A DNA stretch of 64,000 nt from Phoronis australis (lineage: Eukaryota; Animalia; Phoronida), in NCBI GenBank assembly GCA_002633005.1, contig NMRA01000150.1:97147-161146 (forward strand), written 5' to 3'. Positions 1-13,470 of this stretch are shown piece by piece (position 1 is the first letter of the stretch; each line of letters begins with the position of its first letter). The translations under genes and the position numbers were made by a program. Below the pieces are notes generated by a model that saw only the letters and a list, made by a program, of their open reading frames with translations, was not told where the DNA came from and did not search any database.

Positions 1-839
1 CTTTCCTAAGCTTCTTTAGGCTCTGACATCACAATTTTGTGCTGTTTGATAAACCTTGAATTATACAGGCATCACACTCCATGGGAGCAGCCATATTGAA
101 GTAACTAAGCACAACAATACAATCTGGCTCTCTGATTGGTCAATTCAATAGAAAAGCGCCATCAAGTGGCAGGAATGTGCATCATATTTTGTGCAACAAA
201 AACACCTTTTTTAAAAAACATGTGCTAGTGTAGACGTGGGAACTTTTTGGAATTTGATTTATAGGTATATTATCTAGCCACATAGAAAAAACTAGGTTGC
301 CCCCCCAAAGTACTTACAAGGATGAACGCTATGAGATCTGGCCCACCGACTATGTAGCCTTTATTGTCTCCCATCCCGTCGCCTCTATTTCCTCCAGTCA
401 CTACTATTTTCCTCACCATCTTGTTTTTTGTCATCATGAAAAGCAGGCGAGGAAACCACAGATGCTTAAATCTCACGTGTCGAAGTACACGACAATAGTT
501 TACCTGCGCTTAGCGCTTTTCATTTGTTTTTTGTTACTGAGTGTTAGTTTTGCATGTGTGAGAAACAGCATTGTTGGAAATTGAGGTCGCGTTTGGCGAG
601 CTAGTTGAGCATCGAAAATCTGAAATCGCATTTGGCAAGTAAGCCTCAGGCTCTGGTGGCCAACATAAATTTCATCTTGCAAAATGTGAGCTGGTACTCG
701 TCAAATCGGACCGTGAAATTGAAACATTGAAAAATCTATGTCTAGTTACCCATTCTGGTGATGTTTGCAGGAAATGTTCACAGACGGGGTTGAAAAGTTT
801 GACATTGGAAGAACCATAAAACTGCTAGTAGAACTAACT

Positions 840-975
840 TTTCCAATAGTAGCCGTGGGGGGGGGTTAGGGGCGATGCTAATGGTTGACTCAATTTTTCC
901 AATAGTAGCCCGGGGGTGCTAATGGTTGACTCAGTTTTTCCAATAGTAACCCGGGGGATACTAATGGTTGCCTCA
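840..975. repeat. Imperfect tandem repeat, about 50-bp unit x3
   Basis: ttccaatagta(g/a)cc..gggg..ctaatggttg repeated three times. Confidence 0.8.
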
Positions 976-1265
976 AATTTAAAAATTTTTGAGTTTTTGT
1001 AGTTACATTTCGGTCTAAGTTACACTGGGTTACTGAAAATCCGTTGAGGTCTGGTCTGAGGAGCATAAGCGAAAATAATCAGACGCTTGGCTTCTAATGG
1101 AAAATTTACGGTGAAAGTCAATTATGTTAGTTGCATTATGAAGTACTAAATGTTTTGAATGAACAGAATATTTCAATACAACTAGATGAACTGTCGAGTG
1201 GAGTTTATAATCACTGAGCTAAATCTGATCAAAGAATCTTCATAACTTTATACATCAGTGGTGGA

Positions 1266-1442
1266 AAGAGTTGGAGTAGGCCTGTCTTACAACTAAGGTC
1301 TTCCTTTGTGTTGTACAGTCATGGTAAGAGTTGGAGTAGGCCTGTCTTACAACTAAGGTCTTCCTTTGTGTTGTACAGTCATGGTAAGAGTTGGAGTAGG
1401 CCTGTCTTACAACTAAGGTCTTCCTTTGTGTTGTACAGTCAT
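1266..1442. repeat. Tandem repeat, 60-bp unit x3
   Basis: Lines 1261, 1321 and 1381 are essentially identical. Confidence 0.95.
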
Positions 1443-1810
1443 TTCTCATTTTTTTCATTTTCTGGTGGGAAGTGATGGAAAATCAAATCATTGTGGAATC
1501 TGCCATTAACGTTGCTGGGTGGAGCATAACAATATTTGCCCCATTTAATATTGAGAAGCTTGTCTAGTAACTCTGGCATTGTGATCACGCTTGTCTGCTA
1601 CCAAGCTTAGAGTACCTTTTGCATCATCATTGATGTCATAAATATCTTTTGAGATTAATCTATATAAATGTAATTTGCACTAGCTCTACAGTAACACTTG
1701 ACATACTCCAGAAGTCAGTTCATATACTGCTAACATTTTGAATCACTACAGCTACTCAAAACCATCAAGCAAATTTTTTAATTTTATCACTTTCCCTTAT
1801 TGTGTTTCAG

Positions 1811-1925
1811 ACGGAGGACATCAAAGAAATAGCGCTGAAGGTATCTGAGCTGCCCAAAACAAACGATAAGCGTTCACGCATGGTTGTATTAACCCAAGGA
1901 CAAAGTCCTACCGTTGTCGCCAAGG
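1811..1925 (+). CDS. ADK: Adenosine kinase, internal coding exon (third from last)
   Basis: tttcag acceptor and G|gtaat donor. Translates TEDIKEIALKVSELPKTNDKRSRMVVLTQGQSPTVVAK, matching the ADK motif DIKEIA...R.V..TQG. Phase 0 to phase 1. Confidence 0.93.
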
Positions 1926-2344
1926 GTAATTTTGTTATCATTACGAATGTTGCCAATCTTTCATGGTGCTTTTAAAAATATCCTGCTTTTGATATGCCTG
2001 CAAAACCAACGAGGGTGCAAATTGCCATGACTGTTCTTTATCTTGGTGTCCAGTGCCTGAATGCTGCTACCATCTAAACCCCTTGAAAGATCTTCATGAA
2101 CTTTGGCAAGCAAGTCAATATTAGAGAGGAAACTGCCTCGGTTGTTGATAGATCTGATTGCATTGCCTGATAGTGGCATTTTCAGAAAAAGCAGTGCCTA
2201 TAAGTGAGACGTACAGCAGACAGTATTTAACTTACGTCATGCTTTTTAATGCGAGTCCGGTTAACGCACCATCGTATAAAAAGAGATTTAACGTGAGCCT
2301 GAAAATGCATCAAAGTAAACTGGTAGATTAGCAAATCGCTTGCG

Positions 2345-2585
2345 CTAAACATTCTCAAGGCTTGCTCTCTCCAATCAAGACAAAGTTAAATCTAAACATT
2401 CTCAAGGCTTGCTCTCTCCAATCAAGACAAAGTTAAATCTAAACATTCTCAAGGCTTGCTCTCTCCAATCAAGACAAAGTTAAATCTAAACATTCTCAAG
2501 GCTTGCTCTCTCCAATCAAGACAAAGTTAAATCTAAACATTCTCAAGGCTTGCTCTCTCCAATCAAGACAAAGTTAAATCTAAAC
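2345..2585. repeat. Tandem repeat, 47-bp unit x5
   Basis: ctaaacattctcaaggcttgctctctccaatcaagacaaagttaaat repeated perfectly. Confidence 0.95.
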
Positions 2586-3045
2586 CATTTAAAATGCAAC
2601 TTATATATTGGATTACACATACGTGTGATGACACCCATGTTTACAAACAGTCAACTGTCCCTCAATGTGACGGAAAAATGACAGCAGTGCCATGGATTAG
2701 GTGCTATGAATTGAAGCTAATGAATAATTGAACAATTCTTAGAGACTCCTGTTTTTATGCGCCCACATATTTATATGTGGTCGCATAGTGCTATCATCTC
2801 TGTCTGGGTGTCCGGGCGTCCATCGTCCGGTGTCCGGCGTCCGCAGCTGTATCTCCTAAACCCTTTACAGGATCTTGATGAGATTTGGCAGACATGTTTC
2901 TGGGAAGCTGAAGATGGGTGACGATTAATTCCGGACCTCTTCGACTACAGATATGCCCCCTAGTGGCAATTTTAGTTTTTTACGCTTACCTCTGTATCTT
3001 CGGAAGTCCTCAATGGATTTTCATAAAATTTGACAGTTATGCATA

Positions 3046-4727
3046 TAGACCTCACTCACGCGGCAGACATTAAAATCCAAAGCGAGGCTCACTGCGATAA
3101 AAAAAACGGAAGTTCACATTGCGGAAGTCAAATGGCCAGTCTTTTGAGTCCAACCTGGGTATTAAAATCTTAAAAATATGTCAATAATTAACCAGAGACG
3201 TAGAAAAATACATTAGAGAAGAAGTCAATGCACCAAAGAGTTGTCTGACGGAAGGGTATATGTTTTTTTTGGAAAACCAGGTTCGAAACATGAAAAGTAA
3301 ATATTGCCAAACTGCAGCGATCGTAGTGTTACGGATTAGGTATTATGCTGAATGCAGGGTTGCGTTTCTTCTTGCAAATTGCTGATAAAATGTTTTTGAT
3401 ACGAATCAGGTCATCTGGTCGTACTGTTGACGAGTTGAAGATATATTCGGCAGTGGTGGCTCATCACATTTTGCAGTCATGTGCAATTAGTCACATCTGG
3501 TTTAATTTGTTGATAAAGAACATTAACATCAAGCATTGCCTATGCCCTGGTGAGGTAGGGACTACCGGGACTAACAGTTGATTTGTCATTGATCTGAAAG
3601 AATAACTCATGTTATTCAACAATTTTTTTATTAAAATAAAAAACCATGCTCGTAATTGAAAATAAAAGTTATTTGACCATTTTTTTAAATTTTGAAAGAA
3701 AATTAAAAATGAGCACAGCCCCAGAAATTGGTTTTGCATTATATTCAGGTTCTCATTCACTCCCTTGCACACATTCACAAGTAATTATTTGACCATAAAT
3801 TCTGCTTTCTTGGCTTTAATAATTCTTACCTCTATTTCATGTGTTATAGGTTCCAAATATCAAACCTGGACCAAGTTGAATTTTAAAATTAAAACACCTA
3901 TTTTGTTCGTCCAAAGCATAACCTCGTTTTAGAGCTCAATTTCAGTTAACTGGACAGAGTAAGGATAGTTATCATGTTTCTTCAGGTGCCTCATTCATGA
4001 AAGGGGAAAGGTGCATGGGCGGCGCACCATTGGGGTCTGGGGGGCTATAGCCCCCCACTTTTTTCAGTGCTACGCCGCACGGAGTGGTCTAAGGCGGTGC
4101 ACCACAGAGTGGCTGAAGGGGCTTTAGCCCCCCACTTTATCAGTGCTGCTCCGCCATGAGGTGCCTGTGCTTTCCAGTTCTGAGAGGGAAAGTTTTTCGC
4201 CGAGTAAGAGGAAACATCTACCTCCTCTCGGCTCTGCCTCAAGTAGCATTTTGTGCTCTTTCAAATTGTCACCTGTGTGGTTACAGGTGATTTGAACTTC
4301 GGTGAGAACTTTTCAATCACTAGGGGAATTTTTAAGCCTTGTGGGGAGAATTTCGGGGGCCTTTTCAATATTTTTGATAGGGAAAAGGGCGTCATCTTTC
4401 AACCCATAGTCATGGAAACACTGCCTGGCTGGCTGAAGATTCTCCGGTTGTTAAACGAGATGCGACAAAATATGATCTTCCTGTAACTTTTCGAACTTAA
4501 CGTTTATGAAGTTTAGATGGTTCTATTTTCTTTCGTCGCTGCGTATAGCATGCGACCCAACGCTTCCGAATCTCAACTTCCTTAGGGATTGTAAAACAGA
4601 CGGTTGAATGTCTGTATTTTTCTAGCCGTTCGAGCAACATGGAATACAACTATGCCAAAAAGCCAACTGAGTTATCGTAGCGAGCCTCGTTTTGAAACGC
4701 GCCTCCTGTCGGCGTGAATTAGGTCTA
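3046..4727. mobile_element. Non-autonomous DNA transposon with TAG...CTA termini (Academ-like), nested in the HINE
   Basis: Imperfect TIR of about 55 bp: tagacctcactcacgc...gcgaggctcactgcgataa versus ttatcgtagcgagcctcg...gcgtgaattaggtcta. The HINE sequence resumes after it. TSD ambiguous. Confidence 0.65.
4014..4158. mobile_element. 145-bp MITE with 5-bp TSD (hAT5-like)
   Basis: Termini catgggcgg / ccgccatg; flanking direct repeat AGGTG at 4009-4013 and 4159-4163. Confidence 0.7.
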
Positions 4728-6141
4728 TATTAGCGAGATGATGCTATCCTATTGTTTTCGGATAAATTAAAAGTGTTTTGCACCACCTAGTGGCCATTTT
4801 TACTGTTTTCGAGTCTCGTTTTTGGCGTCCGCACTTCTATCAACCAAACCACTCTAGGGATGGTTTTGAAAATTGGAATATATGTTCTTACTGTGAAGAG
4901 GGCGGCTGACGAGTACTGTGGCGCCTCCTAGTGGCAGTTTTGTTTGTTTTTGCGACCATGGCTATGTCTCCTAAACTCCTCACAGGATCTTGATGAGGTT
5001 TAGCAGATGTGCTCCTATGAAGCTGACGACGGACGGCGACGAATTTCAGACCTTTCTGACTACTGGTTTGCCCCCTAGTGGCAATTTTAATTTTTTACGC
5101 TTACCTCTGTATCTTTGGAGATTCTCAACGGATTTTCATGAAATGTGGCAATTTATCATCTATTAAACAGATGATGCCATGCTCTGGTTTTCGGACAGAT
5201 TCGAGGTATTCTGTGCCACCTAGTGGACATTTTTACTGTTTTTGAGTCTGTTTTCGGCGTCCGCCCTTCTATCAACCGAACTGCTCTAGAGATGATTTTG
5301 AAAATTGGCATATGTTCTTACTGTGAAGAGGGTGACTGACGATGATTTTCCGATCACTTCGATTACTATAGCGCCTCCTGGTGGCATTTTTGTTTGTTTT
5401 TGCGCCCATGGGTGTATCTCCCAAATGCTCTACAGGATGTTTATTGAATTTTGCTGGTGTAGTCATATGAAGTTGAAAGTAGAGTACTACGGCTTTCGAT
5501 TGGATTGGATTATCGGTGTGCCTCGTAGTGGCATTTTTTTGTTTTTTACGTTTATCTCTTTATCTTCAAAGGTTCTCAATGGATTTTCATAAAATTCAGC
5601 ATATAAGCATCTGTTAGTGAGGTGACGCTATCTCCTGGTTTCGAGGTATTTTGTGCCACCTAGTGCCCATTTTTACTATTTTTGAGTTGACAACGGACGA
5701 CGACGACTTTCAAACATATCTGACGAATGCTGTGCCCCCTTGTGGCAATTTCATTTTTTCCGTTTTCCTCTGTTTCTTTGAAGTTCCTTATGGATTTTTA
5801 TGAAATTCAATAAATAGCTTTCTATTAACAAATGATGGCATGTTCAGGTTTTTGGATGGATTTGACATATTTTGCACCATCTAGTGGTCATTTTTATGAT
5901 GCAAATAAACACCCCTAGAAGCACACTGTTTTCGGTGCATTTGTAGGCGCATTTCAACGCTCTGCGTTGCTCTTGTTTGGATTTGCTGTTGTCTGTTTTG
6001 TTTTGCAAACTCAGATTATTCATCTAAGTCATTCAAGTATTGTTTTGCACACATTTTCACAAAGTCAATGTTATATTGAATACTTGTGGATGCTTTCTTT
6101 GTCTATGCTGATCTTAATGTGTGTGTGGCAGCTGTGTATGT

Positions 6142-6311
6142 CAATGGTGGTTGAGAGCATCGTCTCTTGATGTCTGCCATATTATAACAGTGACCCCAAT
6201 GGTGGTTGAGAGCATCGTCTCTTGATGTCTGCCATATTATAACAGTGACCCCAATGGTGGTTGAGAGCATCGTCTCTTGATGTCTGCCGTATTATAACAG
6301 TGACCCCAATG
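6142..6311. repeat. Tandem repeat, 55-bp unit x3
   Basis: caatggtggttgagagcatcgtctcttgatgtctgcc(a/g)tattataacagtgaccc. Confidence 0.95.
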
Positions 6312-7303
6312 AGACCACAACCTGATTCAATTCTTCATCTGACCACCATTTTGTAATAGGAAGACCAATTCAGTTTTCTATTTCAATCCTTGATCTCCTC
6401 TGTGTTGAGATCCGTAGATCACTTGCACTTGCGGCTAAAAATCACTTATTAAATAGAAATATTGAATTCAAATCCCATAATTTAACCAATCACTTCAGTG
6501 GCTGCCATTTTTCTAGTAAAGGCTTGTCAGCTCCCAAAAACACTTGCAAAACACTTGCCTTTCACTTGCGAGATTAGCTTTCCTCGTGAGATACTACTGG
6601 TGTGCTCTCCTGTTGTATACATTGCAGTTCACTGCTGTGGGCACATGCCAATACTTTTCCTTGCTCTTGTTTAACTTCTTGTACTGTGTATTACAAGTAA
6701 ACTATTTAATGGTCATTACTAAACATAAACTTTTTGCAATTACTGAGCAGATAAACAACAGACATTTCAAATCATGAAATTAGCTGAGGTAGGTTAATAA
6801 GGTCAGAAGTTGCATTGTTGGTTTTATTCTCTACCCAGAATTATTTTGAGATCTGTGCTGATCGACAAAACTAATTCCCTGCATCAATTTTAGCCAAGGT
6901 CTCGTGTTTTAAGATGCACAAAGGCACATAAGTGATTACCCTTGGTACAAAGCTGTATACAGCTAGCTGGCTGGCTAATAAGTAAGGTGATTTGCCAAGC
7001 GACGAGTAAAAAAAAATTTGCATCAACTTTGGTTGTCTCCTGTAGATTTTCTATTTTGAAAAAGTGAGCAACTAAAAATATAACGCACCACTGACTCAGT
7101 TTTCTGAAAAAACAGAGACCAAAACCAACTATGCTTTTTGGCTTAATCTGATGAAAGATGTTGGTAAGTCCAGACATTTTGTTTCATTTGGTAAGCATTT
7201 TTATGCACTAAGATAAAATTACCTGTGGAGACAAATTTAGATGAATGGAATGTTGCTTTCTGATTGAATTGCATGAAGTTTCACTCTGAATTTTCAAGAC
7301 TAA

Positions 7304-7498
<195 letters not shown>

Positions 7499-7709
7499 TA
7501 AAAAAAAAATGACTGGTAATACTTACTATGGTGTCAAAATTCTATTAAGAAATGGTTTAGCCACCTTTAATTCTTTGTTATTAATTCCCATTCATTCCCT
7601 GAAGAATGACTGCTTTCTTTAATTGATACTTGCTGTATGGTCTCTCTTAACTCAGCTGTAGACTGAAGATGACTGAAGGAATTTTCACTTGCTTCCTCAT
7701 ACATTTTAA

Positions 7710-8601
7710 AGGTGAAAGCAACCTTTTTGCATGTCATTTGCGTTGATTATCCCAGACATAGCTTTCACATAATTACAGATTTTAGTAATTTAATTAATTA
7801 TTTGTCCTCTACTCCGGAAGTGACGTTTTGGGAGGCAAGAATTTTGCGCCAATTTCTTTTCATGTAGTCTGACTGCGAGAGCTGTCGAGTCAGTCATTGC
7901 TCTATCTCGGTTGTGATAAGTTCGGTCGCCGTTTGCTTTTGTTTACGAGTCAGTCAACATGTCACACTGTAGCTGCATATCCGGATGTACTCATTATTGC
8001 CCTGAGGATGTAAGCAGCCCTGCTGCAATGTTGAGTAGTGGGAGGGAATACAGGCCCAGTTCGACACCCAGTGAATAGGACAGTTTGTCATTCAATGATC
8101 ATATTGGTGAGCCAAACTTTGATAAGTTTATTGTGGACTTGTCTAAAGTATTGGAGCTATTTAGAAGGTGTCAGGTATGTGGCAAGGGAGTCACATGGTG
8201 GGATGTAAGCAGTTTGTGTGCTCAGTTTACTATCCAGTGGGAGTGTGACGCGGGACACTCGGGCAAGTGGGACAGTTGTTCCTCTGTCCGTGAGACGATA
8301 ATGAGTACATCCTTTTACGCTGCAACAGTTTGACATGTTGACTGACTCATAAACAAAAGCAAACGACAACTGAACTTATCACAACCGAGATAGAACAATG
8401 ACTGACTCGGCAGCTCTCACAGTCACACTACATGAAAAGAAATTGATGCAAAATTCTTGTCTCCCCAAATGTCACTTCCGGAGTATAGGACGAGTAATTT
8501 TTTAAATTACAAAAAGTTGTAATGAACTGAAAAATATATCTGGGATAATCAATGAACCTCATTTTTGCTAAAAATGACATGGAAAAGGGTTGTCTTCGCC
8601 T
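7710..8601 (+). mobile_element. Kolobok deletion derivative with long TIRs and a transposase remnant
   Basis: TTAA on both sides, AGG...CCT termini and an imperfect TIR of about 260 bp. Central ORF 8085-8333 (KFIVDLSKVLELFRRCQVCG...WECDAGHSGKWDS) resembles the Kolobok transposase Cys/His region. Confidence 0.8.
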
Positions 8602-8707
8602 TTAAAATAACGCTAGGGCCATTCAGTAACCTATGCTTATGAATTGTTCTCCAAAACGCTGTGAGGATTGCTTTTAAAATGTTTATTATGTTTATTATAC
8701 GCCCTCA

Positions 8708-11700
8708 TTTTTATGCCCCACATATTTCTATGTAGGTGCATATTGCCGTCATCTTTGTATAGACATCTGGCGTTTGGAGCTGTAACTGCTAATCCCGTCA
8801 TAGGATCTTCCTGAGATTTGGCAGATGTGTTCCTATGAAAGTGACGACAAATTTCGGACAGTTGCAACTGTTGCTGTGCCCCCTAGTGGCAATATTATTT
8901 TTTACAGTTTCCTCTGTATCTTTGGAATTGTTGGATGGGTTTTCATGAAATTTGGCACATAGGTTTCTAATAATTAGGTGATGACACCTTTCCATTTTCG
9001 GATGACTTTGATGATTCTTCGCCACGGTGTGGCCATTTTTTAAAATTTTTGAGTTTTTTGGCATCCACCTTTCTATCTGTCAAATAGCTTGAACAATCAT
9101 TATGAAAATTGGCAAGAGACCACAGTTGGCTCTGATTTTCGGGCGGGTTTCAACTAACCTGGCACCTCCTAGTGGGGATTTTTTTTTTGCATTTGTGACT
9201 GTTTCTCCTTAAACCTTTGCAAAAACTTTGTGATATTTGGCAAATGTGTTTCAATGGAGTTAACAACAGGTGATGACGAGTTTCAGACCAATCCGATGAT
9301 TAGTGTGGTAGTTTTATTTTTATGCGCCCACATATTTATATGTGGACGCATTATAACGTCACCTCCGCCCGTCCGTCTGGGCGGTGTCTGTCCGGTATCC
9401 GGCATCCGCTGCTCAATCTCCAAAACCCTTTGACTTACGTTCATGAAATTTGGTATATGTGTTTCATTCATGAATGGGACGGCATGAGTGAACTTTCGGA
9501 CGGATTCGACTACCGGTGTGCCCCCTAGTGGCAATTTTATTTTTTTACGCTTACTTTTGTATCTTCAAAAGTCCTGAACGGATTTTCATAAAATTTGGTA
9601 TGAAGGCACCTATTAGTGAGATGACGCTATCCTCCCGTTTTTGGATGGATTGGACGTAGTTTGCGCCACCTAGTGGCCATTTTTACTGTTTTCTAGTCTG
9701 TTTTTTTGCGTCCACCCCTCTATCAACCAAAGCACTCAAAGAATGATTGTGAAAATTGGTGTATATGTGCTTACTATGAAGAGGACGGTTGACGATGATT
9801 TTCAACGATTTCAACTACTGTGGCGCCTCCTAGTTGGAGTTTTGGTTGTGTTGCGCCTATGGCTGTATCTCCTAAACCATTCGCAGGATCTTTACTTAAT
9901 TTAGCAAGTGTATTTATATGATGTTGGCTACGGATGACGATGACTTTCGGACAGATCTGACTACTGGTGTGCATCCTATTGGCAATTTTAGTTTTTTACG
10001 TTTAAACTCAGTATCTTCAAAGGTCCTCAACAGATTTTCATAAAATTTTAAATATAGGCATCTATTGGTGTGATGACGTTATCTTCCTGTTTTTGGATGG
10101 AATTGAGGTATTTTGCACCACCTAGTGGCCATTTTTGCTGTTTTCAAATCTTGTTTTTGGTGTCCTTCCCTGTATCAACTAAATCATTTGAAAATTGGCA
10201 TATATGTTGCCAGTGTGAAGACGAACTTTGATGATGGTGACTGACTACTGTGGCGCCTCCTAGTGGTAGTTTTGTTTTGCTCCTAAACCCACTGCAGGAA
10301 CTTTACTAAATTTAGTAAGTGTATTTATATGAAGAAATTTAGTAAGTGTATTTATATGAAGAAATTTAGTAAGTGTATTTATATGAAGAAATTTAGTAAG
10401 TGTATTTATATGAAGATAACAACAGACAACGACGACTTTCAGGCGGATCCAACGAACACTGTGCCCACTAGAGGCAATTTCGTTTTATTCTGTTTTCCTT
10501 TGTTTCTCTGAAGTTCCTTGACAGATTTTTATGAAATATGGCATGTTCCTGTGTTTGGATGGATTGTATTTTTTTTGCGCCATCTAGTGGCTATTTTTAT
10601 GATGCAAATAAATAACCCTAAAACCACACCATTTGTAATGCATTCGTGGGCGTATTTCAACACTCCGCTCTTGTTTATGTTTTCCTCTGTATCTTCGCAG
10701 GTACTTGATGGACTTTCATGAAATTGTGTAAATAGGTTTTTAATAAAGATGCGATGAAGACATTTCATTTTCAAATGGATTCAACATTTTTTTCGGCACC
10801 TTGTGTCCATCTTTGTTACTTTTGCGTCTGTTTCCTGGCGTCCACCTCCCTGCCTACCATATCGCTTAAAGGGTCATGATGAAAATTTACAGATGTGTTC
10901 GTGAAGGCCACGTCTGATGGGTCTGATTGCTGTGACCCCCTAGTGGCAAATTTGTTTTTTATGCGTCCACATTTTTATATGTGGTCGCATATTGCCGTCA
11001 TCTTTGTCTGGGCGTCCAGCGTCCGTCGTCCGACGTTTGGCATCCGTAGCTGTATCTTCTAAGCCCCTCACAGGATCATGATGAAATTTGGCAGATGGGT
11101 TTCTATGAAGCTGACAATGGATGACGACGAATTTCAGACCAATCCGACTAGCGATGTGCCTCCTACCGGCAATTTTATATTTTTACGCTTACCTCTATCT
11201 TCGGAAGTCTTCAACGTATTTTCATAAAATTTGGAATATACTCATCTATTAGCGAGATAATGCTATCCTCTTGTTTTCGGATGGATTCGACACAGTTTGT
11301 GCCACGTAGTGGCCATTTTTACTGTTTTCGAGTTTGTTTTTTTGGCATCCGTCCTGATAACAACCAAACTGCTCTAGGGATGATTGTGAAAATTGGGATG
11401 TATGTTCTTACTATGAAGAGTATGGCTGACGATGATTTTCCAACAATTTGGTGTACTGTGGCGCCTCCTAGTGGCAGTTTTGTTTTTTTTGCGCCCATGG
11501 CTGTATCTCCTAAACCGTTTGCAGGATCGTTACTAAGTTTAGCAAGTGTATTTGATGTTGACAATGCACGATGACCACCTTCGCACAGATCAAACTATTG
11601 GTATGCCCCCTAGTGGCAATCTTAGTTTTTTACGTTAACCTCTGTATCTTCAAAGGTCTTCAACGTATTTTCATGAAATTTGGAATGTATGCATCTATTG

Positions 11701-13470
11701 GTGAGATGACATCATCCTCCCGTTTTCGTGGTCATTTTTACTGTTTTCGACTCTTTTTTTGGCATCCACCCCTCTATCAACCAAACCGCTTTAAGGATGA
11801 TTATGTAAATTAGGATGTGTGTTTTTACCTTGAAGTGGATGGCTGACGATGATTTTTCGACAACTTCGATTACTGTGGCGACTCGTAGACGTCGAATTTG
11901 AGGTGGACGCTGTGCCCCCTAGTTGAAATGTCATTTTTTTCTGTTTTCCTTTGTTTCTCTGAAGTTCCTTGACTAAAGTAGCGATGACATGTTCTGTTTT
12001 GAGATGGATTGGACGTTTTGCACCATCTAGTGGCCATTTTTATGATACAAATGAACGTCTAGAAACACACCGTTTGCGGTGCATTCGTTGGCGCATTTAA
12101 ACGCCCCGCGTTGCTCTTGTTTTTTTCGTCTGGGGCTGAATCTCCTTAACTCTTTGAAGGAGCTTTGTGAAATTTGATAGATGTATTCCTATGAAGCCAA
12201 CGACAAATGTTAATAAGTGCCTTCAAGTGCCAAAATGTTTTTACAATTGCCTCAATATCTTCAGAGTTCATTTGTGTATTTTCACAGAATTCAGGAGACG
12301 GGTTTCTATTGAGGAGATGGCAATGCCTTTCCGTTTTCGGACAATCTTGATATTTTCTGTGCCACCTGGTGGCCATTTAAAAATTTTTGTGTATGTTTTT
12401 GACATCTTCCTTTCAAGCTGCCAAACCACTCATAGGATCGTTACGAAAATTGATGGTTGTGTTCCTGATGTGAACACCCTGGCTGATGTTTGTTTTTGGA
12501 CGTTTTCTGTTATACTGTCATCATGAGGGGCAATTTCGCTTTTTTATGTCTACGGATGTATCTCCTTAAACCTTTCCATTTTCGGATTTCACGATTCTGT
12601 GCCACCTAGTGGACATTTTAAAAATTTTTGAGTCAGTTTTTTGGCGTTCGCTTTTCTATCTGCCAAACTGTTGGAAGGATCATTATGAAAATTGGCAAGT
12701 GTGTTCCTGATGAGGAGACCACAGCTGTCATCGATTTTCAGACGTGTTTGACTACTCTGGCACCCCTAGTGGGCATTTTTGTGGCCGCGGCTGTATCTCC
12801 TTTTACCTTTTGCAAGACCTTTGTGAAATTTGGCATATGTGTTCTTATGGAGATGACAACAGATAATGATGAGTTGGAGATCCAGCCGACGATTCATGTG
12901 CCCAATAGTGGCAATTTTTTTAACATTTTCCTGTGTGTCTTCGAAGTTCCTTGATGAATTTTAATGAAACTTGGCGAATATGTTTGTATTAGAGATTCAA
13001 CAATGCTTTCCCATTTTGTGATAGATTTGACTTATTGTGCACCACGTGGTGATAGCTTTTAAAAGTTTTGTGCCTGTTTTTGGTTCGGTATCAGCTCAAC
13101 CACTCCACGTTTGGAGTTCGTTGACAGATTTTTGTGAAAGTTGACTATGAAAGAGATGACGATAGTCTTCCATTTTGGTATGGATTCATTGTATTTTTGC
13201 ACCGTACACCTAGTGACTATTTTTATTTTTTCGAGTCCGTTTATTGGCATCCGTTTCTTTATCTGCCGAATTGCTTGAAAGGTCATCTTAAAAACACCTT
13301 TTATAAACTTGACAGATGTGTTCCTGATGGGAAGACCATGGTTGGTGTTCATTTTTGGACAGGTGTGATAACTGTGTTGCTTCTTGGTGGCCATTTTGTC
13401 TTTTTTGTGTCCTTGATTGTACATCCTTACTCCTTTGAAGGATCTTTGTAAAATTTTGCAAATTTTATAT
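8708..13470 (+). mobile_element. Older HINE-family copy hosting two younger HINE insertions (9317-10676 and 10955-12122)
   Basis: Three 5' hairpins (8708, 9317, 10955) and two complete 3' ends (gtgggcgtatttcaacactccgctcttg at about 10650; gcgcatttaaacgccccgcgttgctcttg at about 12095). Host monomers resume after each. Confidence 0.75.
10307..10416. repeat. 27-bp unit x4 expansion inside a HINE
   Basis: aaatttagtaagtgtatttatatgaag repeated. Confidence 0.9.

Larger units (their letters stand above)
2752..5977 (+). mobile_element. Non-autonomous Helentron-type element (HINE/DINE-1-like) with about 147-bp internal tandem monomers and a nested insertion
   Basis: 5' T-run plus hairpin tatgcgcccacatat/atatgtggtcgcata, (GTCC)-like microsatellite, diverged monomers, 3' subTIR gtaggcgcat, palindrome caacgc-tct-gcgttg, then ctcttgTTT. 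Confidence 0.8.

Noticed and set aside
1266-2585. Regular repeats as a CRISPR array
   Set aside because: The units are head-to-tail identical with no unique spacers; the context is eukaryotic intron and there are no cas genes.
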